From Eledone cirrhosa (lineage: Eukaryota), in assembly GCA_964016885.1 (NCBI GenBank), contig OZ024741.1:332568001-332632000 (forward strand): a stretch of 64,000 nucleotides of DNA, in the 5' to 3' direction. Positions 15,665-29,434 of the stretch are shown here, one piece after another (position 1 is the first letter of the stretch; each line of letters starts with the position of its first letter). Made by a program: the position numbers and the translations under genes. The notes under the pieces are model-generated. The model had not been told where the DNA came from. It worked only from the letters and a program-made list of their open reading frames with translations, and searched no databases.

Positions 15665-15894
15665 CCCTTTAGCATTTACATTACTCTCTATATACTGTTA
15701 TATTTTCATGGTAAAGGCTTTACCTCACATAATTATCTCACATAATATTAAATTTATGAGATTTTGATTTTGATATTATTTATTTTGAGAACAATACCTT
15801 AATATCAGTATCAGTGGCCAGTTACAGCCGGTTTGAACAAAGAGGCGAGAGAATTCTGGCCGAATATGGCCGGTTTAAATGCTAAAGGGCTAAG
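15665..15894. mobile_element. piggyBac-like MITE
   Basis: TIRs CCCTTTAGCATTTA...TAAATGCTAAAGGG. A second copy at ~21205-21429 is flanked by TTAA. Confidence 0.7.
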
Positions 15895-16321
15895 TATAAT
15901 ATAACATTTCTCTCTCTATGTTATTCTCTTGCTGTATAACAATTTCAATACACATGGGCTTCCACACACCAAAGAACATTTTCCCTACTCTGCCCAGGCC
16001 TGCATCACTGGGACAGCAATGCTGAGTCTGTCAGGTTATGTCTCTCTAAATATAAGATAACATTTCTCTATTTTGATGTTATTCTCTCGCTGTATAACAT
16101 TTTTAAGTACACTGTTAAAAACATAATATACACACTATTTTGTATCCATTTTTCCTGAACTCTAAGCATTTCTCTTTTTCTTGATTGTTACTCTTACTGT
16201 ATAGACATTTCAAGTGTTTGGCTATAAACATAATATATATAAACACTATTGGGTAACCATTCTTTTCTCACTATAAACATTTCTCTCTCAGTTGTTATTC
16301 TCCCTGTGTAACAATCTACGG

Positions 16322-16659
16322 CAGGGGTTCTCAAACATTCGGGGCCACTGCCCCCTTGCGGCCTCGTAATATCCTCAGTGCGCCCCACCCACCCCTATTT
16401 CCAGAAAGACCTGCTCCACACAAATTGTAAATAATATATAATAAATAAAATCATTAATTTATATATAATAAATATTATAATACATACTATGTATAGATAA
16501 GTATTATATATTTTTTATTTTACTATATTTATATATAATATACATCATTTGATGTTTTGTATACTATTATATCATCTCTACTGCCCCTTAAGCACCGGTC
16601 CCCCCTGGACCTTCTCAATGCATCCGAGGGGATGGTTACACCGACTTTGAGAACCTCTG
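16322..16659. mobile_element. hAT-type MITE
   Basis: TIRs CAGGGGTTCTCAAA / TTTGAGAACCTCTG; 8-bp TSD ATCTACGG / ATCTAGGG. Confidence 0.8.
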
Positions 16660-17687
16660 ATCTAGGGGAAGGGAATAATTATAACAGAGAGGTCTGTGAG
16701 AAAATTAATTTATATAAAAGTGGCCCCTGGGAGTTCACAAAAGTAGTACTGAAATATCTATGTCCAAAATTCCAAGTATTTTATTATAAACATAATATAC
16801 ACACACTATTGGGTAACCATTCTTCTGTAGGTATAAATACTTCTCTCTTTCAATTGTCACTCTTACAAAATAACAATTTCAAGTGCTTTGCTATAAACAT
16901 AATATTCACACACTATTGGGTCACCATTCTTCTCTCACTATAAACATTTCTTGCTTTCAATTGTTATTCTCAACAATCTGGAAGTGGAGTACGTGTAGCA
17001 GGGTTGGCTTAATGGAAAAATTAATTCAAATAAAAAGGAATTTTTGGTACTGAAAACCTTGGTAATCACTTGTTTAATTTGTCTTAGTAAAGAATAATAA
17101 CAAAACCTTGGTAAACTCATTTAATTTGTCTTAGTAAGGAATAATAAGAAAACTGCATAATAACAAGAAATAAAGCTAAAGTTTTCTCTCATTTTCTGAT
17201 GAAAAACCAAGACACCAGATTATTTATTTGGCTGCTCTTCTGTGCCAGATCTTTATTATTAATAAGACTGACTAGGTTGAAATGTTGGGGGCCCCACAAG
17301 GACTAGGGCCTCCATAGGGAGAAGGCACCTACAGGGAGTAGGGATCTGCATGGAGTAAAGATCTGTTAATTTATTCTTTTTTTGTTTGTTTGTCTGAGGC
17401 ACTGTTATTTGCACCCTAGGCTTCCAGTAGTTAAAGAGTGTCAACTGTTGTGTGGTGAAGATTGAAGTGCTGGGGGAGGAGTAGTAATTGTTAACCCTTT
17501 CATTACCACATTTCAAATGAAATAATTTTCAAACAATTTTGAAAATAATCAAGAATTTGTAAGGATTTAATAATATAACAAACTTTCTTGTTATCAACAC
17601 ATTCGTTACAGTATTTCAAATGAAAGCTATCTCCTATATTTTTCCAATAATTTTTAAAAGAATCAAGAATTTGGAGAGATTTCATTA

Positions 17688-17860
17688 TACGAGGTGTGTC
17701 AGAAAAGTTCCAGGACTGATGTCGCAAAAGATTTATTTCAAACCCAAACTTCACACTAAGAGTTTTCTCCTTCAAAGTAATCCCCCTGGAGTCTAATGCA
17801 CTTTTCCATCCTTTTCTGCCACACTTGCATGCACTCCTGGAAGGATTCTTCCGGGATCCT
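17688..17860 (-). mobile_element. Mariner transposon 3' end fragment
   Basis: Minus strand encodes RIPEESFQECMQVWQKRMEKCIRLQGDYFEGENS*, the mariner transposase C-terminus, followed by a TIR ending TA-CGAGG on the plus strand. Confidence 0.85.
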
Positions 17861-17888
17861 ATAACTGACTTTTACTTTCTTAAACTGA

Positions 17889-18205
17889 TGTTTGGAACAT
17901 AACTTAACAAACGTTCTAACATAAAATTATGATGGGATGTTTTAGACAAATATAAACAGCTTAAAATAAAGTTTCATATAATAAAACCAGGGATGTTTGG
18001 AACATAACATAACAAAGGTTCTTACATAAAATTATGATGGGAGGTTTTAGACAAATATAAATAAATTAGAATAAACAATTTATTATTGTAGAACCTGGGG
18101 TGTTTGGAACATCACTTAACAAAGGTTCTTACATAAAATTATGTCGAGAGGTTTTTAGATAAATATAAACAATTTAAAATAAACAGTGTTGTATCATAGA
18201 ATATG
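17889..18205 (+). repeat. ~106 bp tandem repeat, 3 copies
   Basis: TGTTTGGAACAT...ACATAAAATTATG...TTTTAGA(C/T)AAATATAAA at ~17889, 17994 and 18101. Confidence 0.8.
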
Positions 18206-18580
18206 GAGTGGTGTCAAGGGGTTTGCTATCAAAAGTGTTAAAGAGTTTTGATACTTCTTCAAAATATATTTTTAAAAAATAATAATAATAAATGCAATAT
18301 TATGGGGTTGAAATAAGAGAGTGCTGGACTTACATATGTGAGGTGATGGTGGGGGTTGTGTGAGGTTGGGTTGTGTGGGGTGGGGTTTGCGTAGGGTGGG
18401 GTTTGTGTGGGATGGGGTTGTGTGAGGTGGGGATTGTGTGGGTGGGGATGGGGGTGACAGTATTTTTGTATCTTGGAGTAATGAGTTCAAATCCTACAGG
18501 GATCAATATTTTCTTTCATCCGAGTTTGACAAAAAAGAAAATGTACCAATAATAATTAGATTGGCAAAATAGTTTCTGTG

Positions 18581-18611
<31 letters not shown>

Positions 18612-18702
18612 GTATGTAAAAGGTAAACAGAAATAACAACACAATCGGTACAGTATATGGAAGGGATATATTAGGTTAACGCTTGATATAGCAGGAAGAG
18701 GA

Positions 18703-18738
18703 TCTTAATGTTTCGGATGTTAGTCCTTCATCAGAAGA
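18703..18738 (-). ncRNA. Minimal hammerhead ribozyme, family B
   Basis: Minus strand TCTT-CTGATGA-A-GGA(CTAACA)TCC-GAAA-CA-TT-AAGA. The family consensus from three copies is GAAACGTT (palindromic ACGT). Confidence 0.7.
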
Positions 18739-18994
18739 GAGAATGAGAAATAAGATAGATTGAGGGACGGACGGGATGGAATTGGAAAAAATGTCTTTAG
18801 ATAAAAATAATAGGTCCATTCATGTTGACATCTCTTAGGTTATTATATGAGTAACTTGTGGTTACTATCGGTGATACTAGTCGAAGCACTCAATGCTGTT
18901 ACGGGGTCCGTCTCTCGTTGGGTTGTGCTCCAGGTTTAAGGCGGCTGTAGTTTGCAGAATGAATATATAGAGTGACAATAGGAATTCTTATTGT

Positions 18995-19088
<94 letters not shown>

Positions 19089-19200
19089 ATATATACAATG
19101 ATATTAAATAAATGGAAACTATATTTATAAAACCATATTTATTTTATTATGTATATTTCGAGGGTACCCAGGTACGTCTCTATTTATAAGACAAACTTTG

Positions 19201-19263
19201 TATTTTATCTGAAGAAAGTGTACCAAAGTGTTTTGGTACCCTTGAAATATATATAATAAAGTA
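19201..19263 (+). ncRNA. Type I hammerhead ribozyme, family A
   Basis: TATTTTAT-CTGAAGA-AAGTGTACCAAA(GTGT)TTTGGTACCCTT-GAAA-TATATA-TA|ATAAAGTA; lies in fold-back unit 19096-19400. Confidence 0.8.
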
Positions 19264-19460
19264 AATATGGTTTTATAAATATAGTTTCCATTTATTTAAT
19301 ATCATTGAATATTTACTCCAGGATTGTTGAGTGCTCTAAATCAGTTATAAACATTTATATTTATATTCGTCGGATTTCTAACAAATTAAATACCCCTTCT
19401 ACTTATATATATATATATATATATATAAAATAACCAAGATTAAATAAAATAAAATAATTT

Positions 19461-19535
19461 AATTGATTGACAAATGTTTTGATTAACATAACAGGAATAT
19501 TCATTCCTACTATAATAATCTCATCAGAATCTATT
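19461..19535 (-). ncRNA. Hammerhead ribozyme, family C (G12 mutated)
   Basis: Minus strand GATT-CTGATGA-GATTATTATAGTAGGAAT(GAAT)ATTCCTGTTATGTTAATC-AAAA-CATTTG-TC|AATC. The CGAAA>CAAAA change is consistent with CpG decay; GUC cleavage triplet. Confidence 0.65.
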
Positions 19536-20067
19536 AAATAACATTAATATTTATTAACACATATCCATAAGATGATCACAAGTCCAAAAATGTAAACAAA
19601 TTCAAAATACAGTTGGGAAAATGTTAAAATTTTATGGAAGTCTAAATATGCAATCCAAGATTTATTAGTAACAAAGATATAACGTGCAGTAACTAAAGAT
19701 ATTATATTAAACTATTATCACAATTGATTTTATATGGTTATATGGTTATATCATAAACTCATCTAATCTCTTATATATATATATATATACTCTGGAATGT
19801 ATTCTACATTATCTATTGAGTACGCTGAAATGCAACCGGTCCTGGCATTGTTAAATACGCCGGGTCCGTCAACTTCTTATTATATATATATATATATATA
19901 TATATCATCAACCTTTTTTAAAAAAGTATATCATACACAAAACACCAACATCAACATTTTTCCAGGAGACATGAATGGACTTGCTATTTTTCTCTAAAAA
20001 AGTTTTTTATGTTTCCGCCCTGCCTGTCTACTCAATCTTTTTGTTTCTTCTTTAATTTCCCATTCTT

Positions 20068-20103
20068 ACTTCTGATGAAGGGCTAGCATCCAAAATGTTA
20101 AGA
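20068..20103 (+). ncRNA. Minimal hammerhead ribozyme, family B (degenerate)
   Basis: ACTT-CTGATGA-AGGGCTAGCATCC-AAAA-TGTT-AAGA; inverted relative to the 18703 copy. Confidence 0.5.
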
Positions 20104-21686
20104 CTCTCTTCTTGTTATTTCAAGCGTTAAACTAATATATTCCTTTCAAATATTGTGCGTTTGTTTTGTTATTTTTGTTATTTCTGTTTACCTTCTACAT
20201 ACACACACACATACACAAACACACAATATATTTATATCATTATCATTTTTATTTAACGTTCATTTTCCACGTTTCCATGTGTATATATATCGTGGTGACG
20301 AACATTTTTCTATTAATTTTGTAATGAATAAAATCATGTCAATGAACATTTTCCATTAAAAATAAATAATGAATTACAAATTAAAGACACAAAAGTTTGG
20401 GCTTGTTCACAATGTGTGCATGTGTATTATAAAGATTGTATTACTTGGCTAACCTTAATAGTCATTTGGCTTTGATGTATAAATGTATTTTGTGTACCTC
20501 AATAATTTGGTGACTGTTAAATAAGTTTAGGCGGCAAATTGGCAGAGTTGTTAGAACGTCGGATAAAATGCTTTGCAGTATACGTTTCGGCCCTCTGCTC
20601 ACTGAGTTCAAATCCCATCAAGGTAAACTTTACCTTTCATCCATTTGAAGTTGATAAAAAAAAAGTACCAGTCAAGTACTTGGGTTGATTCTTCCTCTAT
20701 ATCTCTTTCACATTTTCATTCTCTCACTCACTATCCTTCTCTGGAAAAAAAATCTGCTGTATTCAGACCTGGAGAGGGGATGGGCTCCACCAGGTTTTAA
20801 AATGCCCTAGAAACATTGATTGTCATTTTGGTATCCCTATGAATTCTTCATGAGTTATGGGACCATGCTATGCAAATTTCTGTTAACGATATGTAACCAA
20901 ATAAGACAAAACAGGTGTAAACTTATCAATCAATTTTAAGCAAATTTTATATTTCTGTTTATTAATTCCTCTATTCACTCTACAAGTATTGCATTGTTTT
21001 TATAATATGCATTTATTTTTATTCACAATTTCATCATCATCATCGATTAACTTCCATTTTCCATGCTAGCATGGGTTAGATATAAGTTGTCCTATTGTGT
21101 GACAAGTTAGATCAGGTAACCATGTCTTGCTCATACAGAAATGTTTCTGACTAGGTTTCTACAATTGGATGCCCTTCCTAATGCCAACTACATTGTTTTA
21201 ATCTTTAACCCTTTAGCATTTACATTACTCTATATATACAATTATATTTTCATGGAAAAATCTTTACTTCACATAATTATCTCACATCTATGAGATTTTG
21301 ACATTATTCATTTTGAGAAAAATACATTAATATCAGTATGAGTGGCCAGTTATGGCTGGTTTGAACAGAAAGAGGTGAGAGAATTCTGGCCGGATGTGGA
21401 CGGTTTAAATGCTATGCTAAAGGATTTAAGAGTGACAATATTTAGTACCATTAGAGGTTTTCGAATGAATTGCCTACTAAAATATATATATTTTAACTGA
21501 TGTAGTAAAATATTTTTGAGGTACACAGATGAGTTTTTGGTAGGAAGTAGATTCATGGCCAAATTTTTCACTATAGGAAAGTTTATATTAAATATACAAA
21601 ATCACACAGATATATATGTCTATTGACAAATATCTCGTTGTCTAATTTATATATTTGTATTTCAATGTGTGTTATATATATATATA

Positions 21687-21731
<45 letters not shown>

Positions 21732-21849
21732 AAATTTAATGATGATTATTATATATATATATATATATTTATTTATATGGAAATTAAATGATGATGATGA
21801 TTTATATATATACATATATATATATATATATCGAAATTAAATGATGATG

Positions 21850-21898
<49 letters not shown>

Positions 21899-23449
21899 TA
21901 CACACGTACACATGTTGTGAGTATATATCTTTATCATCATCCATTGTTTATCATCATCCACTTTCCCTGCTATGTATATATTGCTAGGGGATAAGTCATG
22001 TATAATTTTATGTTTAAATGCACCTGTATACACACGTAAACTTTCCTATGGTGCACTAAACAAATCAAAACAAATACGCAGGCAAACATGCGTATACAGT
22101 AAAAACTACACACATACAGACATATGCAAATACACACATACATAAGCACACATGTACACAGCTACACACATATATATATACACAAATACCACACACACTC
22201 ACAAACATATACAGAAGCAAACACACACACATACAAATGCATATAAACACATGCGCACACACAAACATATGCATATATACTGATGCACACACACACACAC
22301 ACACACATACAGATACATACACATTCAAACATGGTGCTACACAAATATGCTCAGAAACATATACACAGAAATACACACATACACAGATACATAATCACAT
22401 ATGCATTCACACACATGCAGTTAGAGAGATATATACACACAGATAGATATACATAAACACACTGACATATATACACAAACACACACATACAGATACTTAC
22501 ACATGTGCACATACACATGAACTCACAATTACACACACGTATACATAAATATACAAAGACACATACATTCATTAATATACACTTCTATATATATACTTAC
22601 ATACACAATCACACACTCACAACTGTATATACATATGCATACACATAAAAACACACATACACCCATGTCTCCATGCATACATATACACAAATACACACAT
22701 AAACACCCACATGCAACGACACATACAGACATGCACACACATCCATTCATACAGACAGAATCATCAACATGTGCACTCACAAGTGTGTATACAAACATGC
22801 ACATATAGATCTGTATATGTGTGTGTGTTGTACATATATGTGTGTGTATGTTTATGTGGATTTGTATGTATATGAGTGAGTGTGTGTGTGTGTGTGTGCA
22901 TATGTATGTGATCTCACCATCATCATCAACGTTAAACGATGATGATGATGATGATGATGAGATCACATATGCACACACACACACACATACACACACTCAT
23001 ATACATACAAATCCACATAAACATACACACACATATGTACAACACACACATATACAGATGCACACATATGTACACACATACACAATAACACACACACAGA
23101 TATACATATCAAACATATTTATAGACACTAATACATACATATGCACACAAACAAACACACACACGTATACACTCAGGCACACACGCACACATATACATGC
23201 ATACACTGAGACTTACACGCACACATATATATATATATACATGCATACATTGAGACATACACACACACATACAGATCACATATATATGCACACACACACA
23301 CACCCTCACATACATATCACATACATATGCACATATATACACACACACATACAGATATACATACACACTCATTCATTTACAAAGAAAATTTCAACATACA
23401 CACAAGTATGTTTACACATACAGATCACATACATATGCACACATACAGA

Positions 23450-23908
23450 TATACACACATATCATATACACTCAGACACACACACATATCACATACACTC
23501 AGACACACACACATATCACATACACTCAGATACACACACATATCACATACACTCAGACACACACACATATCACATACACTCAGATACACACACATATCAC
23601 ATACACTCAGACTCACACACATATCACATACACTCAGACACACACACATATCACATACACTCAGACACACACACATATCACATACACTCAGACACACACA
23701 CATATCACATACACTCAGACACACACACATATCACATACACTCAGACACACACACATATCACATACACTCAGATACACACACATATCACATACACTCAGA
23801 CACACACACATATCACATACACTCAGACACGCACACATATCACATACACTCAGACACACACACATATCACATACACTCAGACACACACACATATCACATA
23901 CACTCAGA
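23450..23908 (+). repeat. 27 bp minisatellite, ~17 copies
   Basis: Unit CACACACATATCACATACACTCAGA(C/T)A. Confidence 0.95.
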
Positions 23909-24289
23909 TGCATACTTACACACACACTCACACACATGCACAGACACACACACATACATTCCAACAGACATAGAAACAACACAAACATCCACAATATATT
24001 GAGATAGGGAAAAAGATAGATGTATAACAATACAATATGACAGGTGCACACATTTATATGTACACATGCACCTTAATCTGCTTATGAACATGCATTATCA
24101 TATGAAAACATGCATCCAAGTATTAAATAGCATTTCAATGCATGCATGCATGTTTTTTCTTCATGCATCCCTGACTGCATATGTTCATAGATCGCATTCC
24201 TTTCAACACAACGGCGTGCAACCACCATTGCTGCTTTAACTGAAACTAAAAGTTATACACAAACATTTTTACTCACACACCAATAGGCC

Positions 24290-25089
24290 CCCTCCTCCAC
24301 ATCCACCAATAGACCCCCTCCCACTCACCTGCCAATAGACCCCCCCTCCCACACCCACCAATAGACCCCCTCCCACTCACCTACCAATAGACCCCCTCCC
24401 GCTCACCTGCCAATAAACCCCTCCCATTCACCTACCAATAGACCCCTCACCTACCAATAGACCCCCTCCCGCTCACCTACCAACAACACAGACCCCCCCC
24501 CCCACCAACAACACAACCCCCCTACCAACAACACAGACCCTCCTACCAACAACACAACCCCCCTACCAACAACACAAACCCCCCTATCCCCCCCACCTAC
24601 CAACAACACAGACCCCCCTCTCCACCAACACTCCCCTCTCCACCAACAAACCCTTCACTCAAGGTTACCTTTATTCATCATCATCATTTACATCACAATC
24701 AGCATCAGCATTCACATCATCATCATCATCGTTATCATCATCATCACTGTTGTTGTTATCATTCACATCATCATCATCATCATCATTAACATTATCACCA
24801 TCATTCACATCATCATCATCATTAACATTATCACCATCATCACCATCGCCAGCAACATCTTTACCATCATCATCATCATCATCAGTATTATCATCATCAC
24901 CATCAATCATCATCACCATCACCATCATCATCATCATTGTAATCACCATCACCATCATCATCACTATCATCATCATCAATCATCATTATCATCATCCCCA
25001 TCACCACCATCATTGTTATCATCATCACCATCATCACCATCATCATCACCATCATCATCAGTATTATCACCATCATCATCACCATCATC

Positions 25090-25121
<32 letters not shown>

Positions 25122-25565
25122 TATCATCACCATCATTGCTGTTATTACAACCACCAACCATTCTCCACCTACCATCAACATAACAGTCAGCACCTTACTC
25201 CCCACCGCCATATCAAGGCTGGGAATGTGGGGTGTGATTGATGTTGCTACTGTTGATGTAGTTGTTATTGTTGTTATTGTTGGTGCTAATGGTTGTTATT
25301 GTTGTAGTTGTTATTGGTGGTAGTTGTTGGTGCTAATGGATGTTGTTTGTGGTGGTGTTCTTACTGTTGTTATTGTTGTTACTGTTGTTACTATTGTTAC
25401 TGTTGTTATTGTTGTTGTTACTGTTGTTATTGTTGCTATTGTTGTTATTGTTGTTATTGTTGTTGTTACTGTTGTTATTGTTGTTGTTACTGTTGTTATT
25501 GTTGCTATTGTTGTTATTGTTGTTATTGTTGTTGTTACTGTTGTTATTGTTGTTGTTACTGTTGA
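24290..25565. repeat. Low-complexity block: C-rich repeats, (CAT/CAC)n, (TGT/TAT)n
   Basis: Direct reading; this block produces the poly-His/Asp/Leu/Asn pseudo-ORFs. Confidence 0.9.
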
Positions 25566-26101
25566 TCATGCTAACATTGCTCTCCTATTTTTTTGTTACA
25601 ATATTTATGATATTTAAGTATTTTATTGGTTGAAATTAGTAATGTTGTTACCACCCCCTCTCTCCCTCCCCCTTTCTCTTTGGAAGAAATGAAAGTTGTT
25701 CAGACCTGGAAAGGGATGGGCTCTTTTAGGTTTAAAATGACCAATCTCTCTATATACATGTAACATGCCACTGGGCCCTGTGCCTAAGAAGACCCTGTTC
25801 GACAGTAATTGGCTCTCAGCTCATTAACTACACACAACTATACAGATAACTATAATATATACAGAGTCCACCAAAGCAATGTGTACACAATTCAGAGAAA
25901 GAAAAACTTGTATAAATGTTTCATTTGTTTAAATACTCCCCCCCCCCCCCCTCTCTCTCTATATATATATATATATAAGCAAAGGGATATTTAATTTGTT
26001 GGTAATTCAACAAATATATTTATAACAGATTCGAAGCACTCGACAAGTTTTCCGGAGTATAATGTCAATGGAAATGGAAACTATATTTATAAAACCATAT
26101 T

Positions 26102-26167
26102 TATTTTATTATATATATTTCAAGGGCAACCAGGGTAAATTATGGTGCACTTTCATCAGATAAAATA
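26102..26167 (-). ncRNA. Type I hammerhead ribozyme, family A (left arm of fold-back)
   Basis: Exact reverse complement of the motif at 26284-26349. Confidence 0.8.
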
Positions 26168-26283
26168 CAGATTTGTTTTATAAATAAATATTGACATAGG
26201 ATAGGAAGCTATCCAGGAAGCTCCAACCGTTAAGGTTGTCTTTTTTTCTGGGTATGTCAATATTTATTTATAAAACAAATCTG

Positions 26284-26349
26284 TATTTTATCTGATGAAA
26301 GTGCACCATAATTTACCCTGGTTGCCCTTGAAATATATATAATAAAATA
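26284..26349 (+). ncRNA. Type I hammerhead ribozyme, family A (right arm of fold-back)
   Basis: TATTTTAT-CTGATGA-AAGTGCACCA...TGGTTGCCCTT-GAAA-TATATA-TA|ATAAAATA. Confidence 0.8.
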
Positions 26350-26810
26350 AATATGGTTTTATAAATATAGTTTCCATTTATTAATATATTGTGTATTTAC
26401 TCCACTAACTTGTTGAGTGCTTTATATCAGTTATAAATATTTTTAAGCTTGTTGAATCCCAACAAATTAAATATATCCTCTGCATATATATATATATATC
26501 TTTTCCTGAAATGTGTATACATTTTATTGGTGAACTCTGAATGTAACACCCCACTGGACTCTGCACATTTTAAGGTTAAACCTAGTAGTTATCAACATTC
26601 TTTATACTTATTCCAATCCAATCCAATCCCTTTTCACTCTGGTTGGATGATCCCCTCTATCTATACCTATATCTCTATAAGCAAAGAGATATTTAATGTG
26701 TTGGTTATTCAACAAATTTATTTATAACAGATTTGAAGCACTCTACAGTTTTTCTGGAGTATAATATCAATGATATTAATAAATGGAAACTATATTTATA
26801 AAATCATATT

Positions 26811-26871
26811 TATTTTATTATATATATTTCAAGGATGCCAAAATTTTGGTACACTTTCATCAGATAAAATA
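26811..26871 (-). ncRNA. Type I hammerhead ribozyme, family A
   Basis: Minus strand TATTTTAT-CTGATGA-AAGTGTACCAAAATTTTGGCATCCTT-GAAA-TATATA-TA|ATAAAATA. A truncated plus-strand partner lacking GAAA is at 26951-26990. Confidence 0.78.
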
Positions 26872-27530
26872 CAAAATTTGTTTTATAAATGGTGACATAC
26901 CCAAGAAACCAGACCTTATTGGTTCAGGTACAGTTTGGATATCCAAACTGTATTTTATCTGATGAGAGCGTAGCAAAATTTTGGTACCCTATGTCTCTAT
27001 ATATAGATATCCAATCCAGGGCCTTTTAACTCCTGTTGGAGGAACCCCTACCTGGTTGACTTCTACTGTATTCTGTTCAGTTTTGGTTATGTTAGGGGTG
27101 TAGCCATACTCACCATGCTTGGCAAATTGTGGGTTGGTGGGGCTATTTAACCCATAGTTAAGGCTGTTGACTTTGAGAAGCCACCCACCTTTGTAATTAC
27201 TTACTATGCACTATACATTTGTTTCATGAACCATACCATACTGTAGATTCTTGCATGCCTACATCCAGGTGGGTGCCAGTCCAGATAGGTATCTCGATCA
27301 TCAATAGTCACTTAAAGAACAAATCAATATAATCTGACATGATTTGTAACTACCATGACACCACTGTGATAAGCTAGCATGAATTTCATAGTATAGTTAC
27401 TAAAATATAAATTTACTCTCTCTCTCTCTCTTTCCCTCTCTCTCTTTCACACACACACACCAACATAATCATTTCAGCACACACACATGTACTAATACAC
27501 ACCTCTCTATATTTATATATATATGTGATG

Positions 27531-27878
27531 AAGGTGCATGGCTTAGTGGTTAGAGCATTGGGCTTGCAATTGAAAGGTTGTGAGTTCAATTCTCAGACTG
27601 GGTGATGTGTTGTTTCCTTGAGCAAGACACTTTATTTTACATTGCTCCAGTTTACTCAGCTGTAGAAATGAGATGATAGGACTGGGGTCACTATCATTCC
27701 ACTGCAAAGTGGTCGTGGAGGTGTCATGGCAAAAAAGCACCCAGCACTCACTGTAAATGAGGTTGGTGTTAGGAAGGGCATCCAGCTGTAGAAATCAAGC
27801 CAGAATCAGTTCCTGTCCCACCCTTACAAGCAGGGAAAAAGCGGATGTAAAAATGATGATGAAAAATGATGATGATGT
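27531..27878 (+). mobile_element. SINE family 2 copy
   Basis: Reverse complement of the 7706-8048 element. Further copies at 36970-37300 (-), 38014-38327 (+) and 54219-54512 (+). Confidence 0.8.
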
Positions 27879-27898
27879 ATATATAAGTACATACATAC

Positions 27899-27968
<70 letters not shown>

Positions 27969-28046
27969 TAAGTATTTCTGTAGAAATGGTAAAGGAAAGA
28001 AGAGTGCTCTATGTATGATACAGAGCTATTTAATGAACAACACAAT

Positions 28047-28130
28047 ATAATTATTCCATTACCAAAGGTTTCAGGAAACTAGACAATCCTTATAGAAGCA
28101 TCCAGCTCATTCATCAGGTGAAATAGTTAT
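28047..28130 (-). ncRNA. Type I hammerhead ribozyme, family D
   Basis: Minus strand ATAACTATTTCAC-CTGATGA-(GU-rich stem II)-GAAA-CCTTTGG-TA|ATGGAATAATTAT. Stem I is about 11-12 bp; GUA triplet. Confidence 0.7.
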
Positions 28131-28231
28131 GTTATATATCAAAATACACATATATGTCAATATATATAAATATCGATACATATACACACATACACACACA
28201 CATATATATATATATATGTAAATATATATAG

Positions 28232-28318
<87 letters not shown>

Positions 28319-28364
28319 CATGTGTAAATATATATACACAACAGCTATAAATATATATATATAT

Positions 28365-28980
28365 ACTTGCAGTGTATCCCGGCGTTGCACGGGTAAGAAC
28401 ATTGGTAATAGCACCTCCAATGAGAAACGTTTATTTGTGAGTCCCTGTTAAAAACTCACGAAAATATACCGACAGGAAACTTGTTTTATTTTGAGAAATT
28501 TATGAAGTTGAAAGTACAGTTTAGCTGTCTACGTGCATTGTTCATAGAAATATTGTTGAGAATCGCTGCTTTCACCTTTAACGGGATCTTCTGAAACTAA
28601 AAAAAATCAATCTGTGAACGCAGAAGTAAATATTTCGAAAAACATTTCAACCGAAGGAAAAGAGGAAGACGATACTTTGGTTCGTGAAGACGCTCCCTGG
28701 CAATGAATGGAAAATAGCGAACATAATACATCATCAATGTTTGTCATAATGTCGTAATGCAGACAGCCAAACATACAGACAGATATTATAAGGGCGCGAC
28801 GGAGATCGATAACCAGCGCCTAACACCCCTTTAACAACAGAAAATTGGAAAAATAAAAGCTGCAGTTAATATCTTTAGCTATATAAATGCAAGTTTGAAG
28901 TCAATCGGAGTAGAAATGTGGATTTGTATAGACTTTGCAAAAATGAGGACACACACACAGACAACAACAGTTTTATATAT
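28365..28980 (-). mobile_element. Non-autonomous Helitron-like element
   Basis: Minus-strand 3' end has the hairpin CCCGTGCAACGCCGGG ~9 nt before a CTAG-like (CAAG) terminus. The other end is ATATATAAAA with a TGTC/TGTG microsatellite. Inserted in (TA)n. Confidence 0.65.
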
Positions 28981-29352
28981 ATGTATAAATAAAAGTTATA
29001 TTGTAGGTAACCCATGCTAGCGTGGAAGATGGACGTTAAACAAAGATGATGATGATGATGATGATGAATATTTAAGAATTGAATTAGAACTTTAGCCACA
29101 GTATATAATAAATGTATGTGTGTATATGTTTATGAGAACAGTGCTCAATAGTGAAAGTAGATTGCTAAAAATATTTATTAAAGCTAAAACCTCAAATTTC
29201 ATGTCTATAAAATTCATGTCACTGATTCTGAAACAAAATTTGAGGAATGCCACAGAAGAATATTATGAGATTGTTCCCAAGAATTATATCAAAAAGCAAG
29301 CTTTTGATTGGAGGCATGTACATAAATATCCATGCTTATCTGAATGTAAATA

Positions 29353-29408
<56 letters not shown>

Positions 29409-29434
29409 CATATTTATAAATATATATATATATA

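Noticed and set aside
27535-27605. tRNA gene
   Set aside because: A/B boxes are present but belong to a SINE head that continues into core and LINE-derived tail; I could not build a complete cloverleaf.
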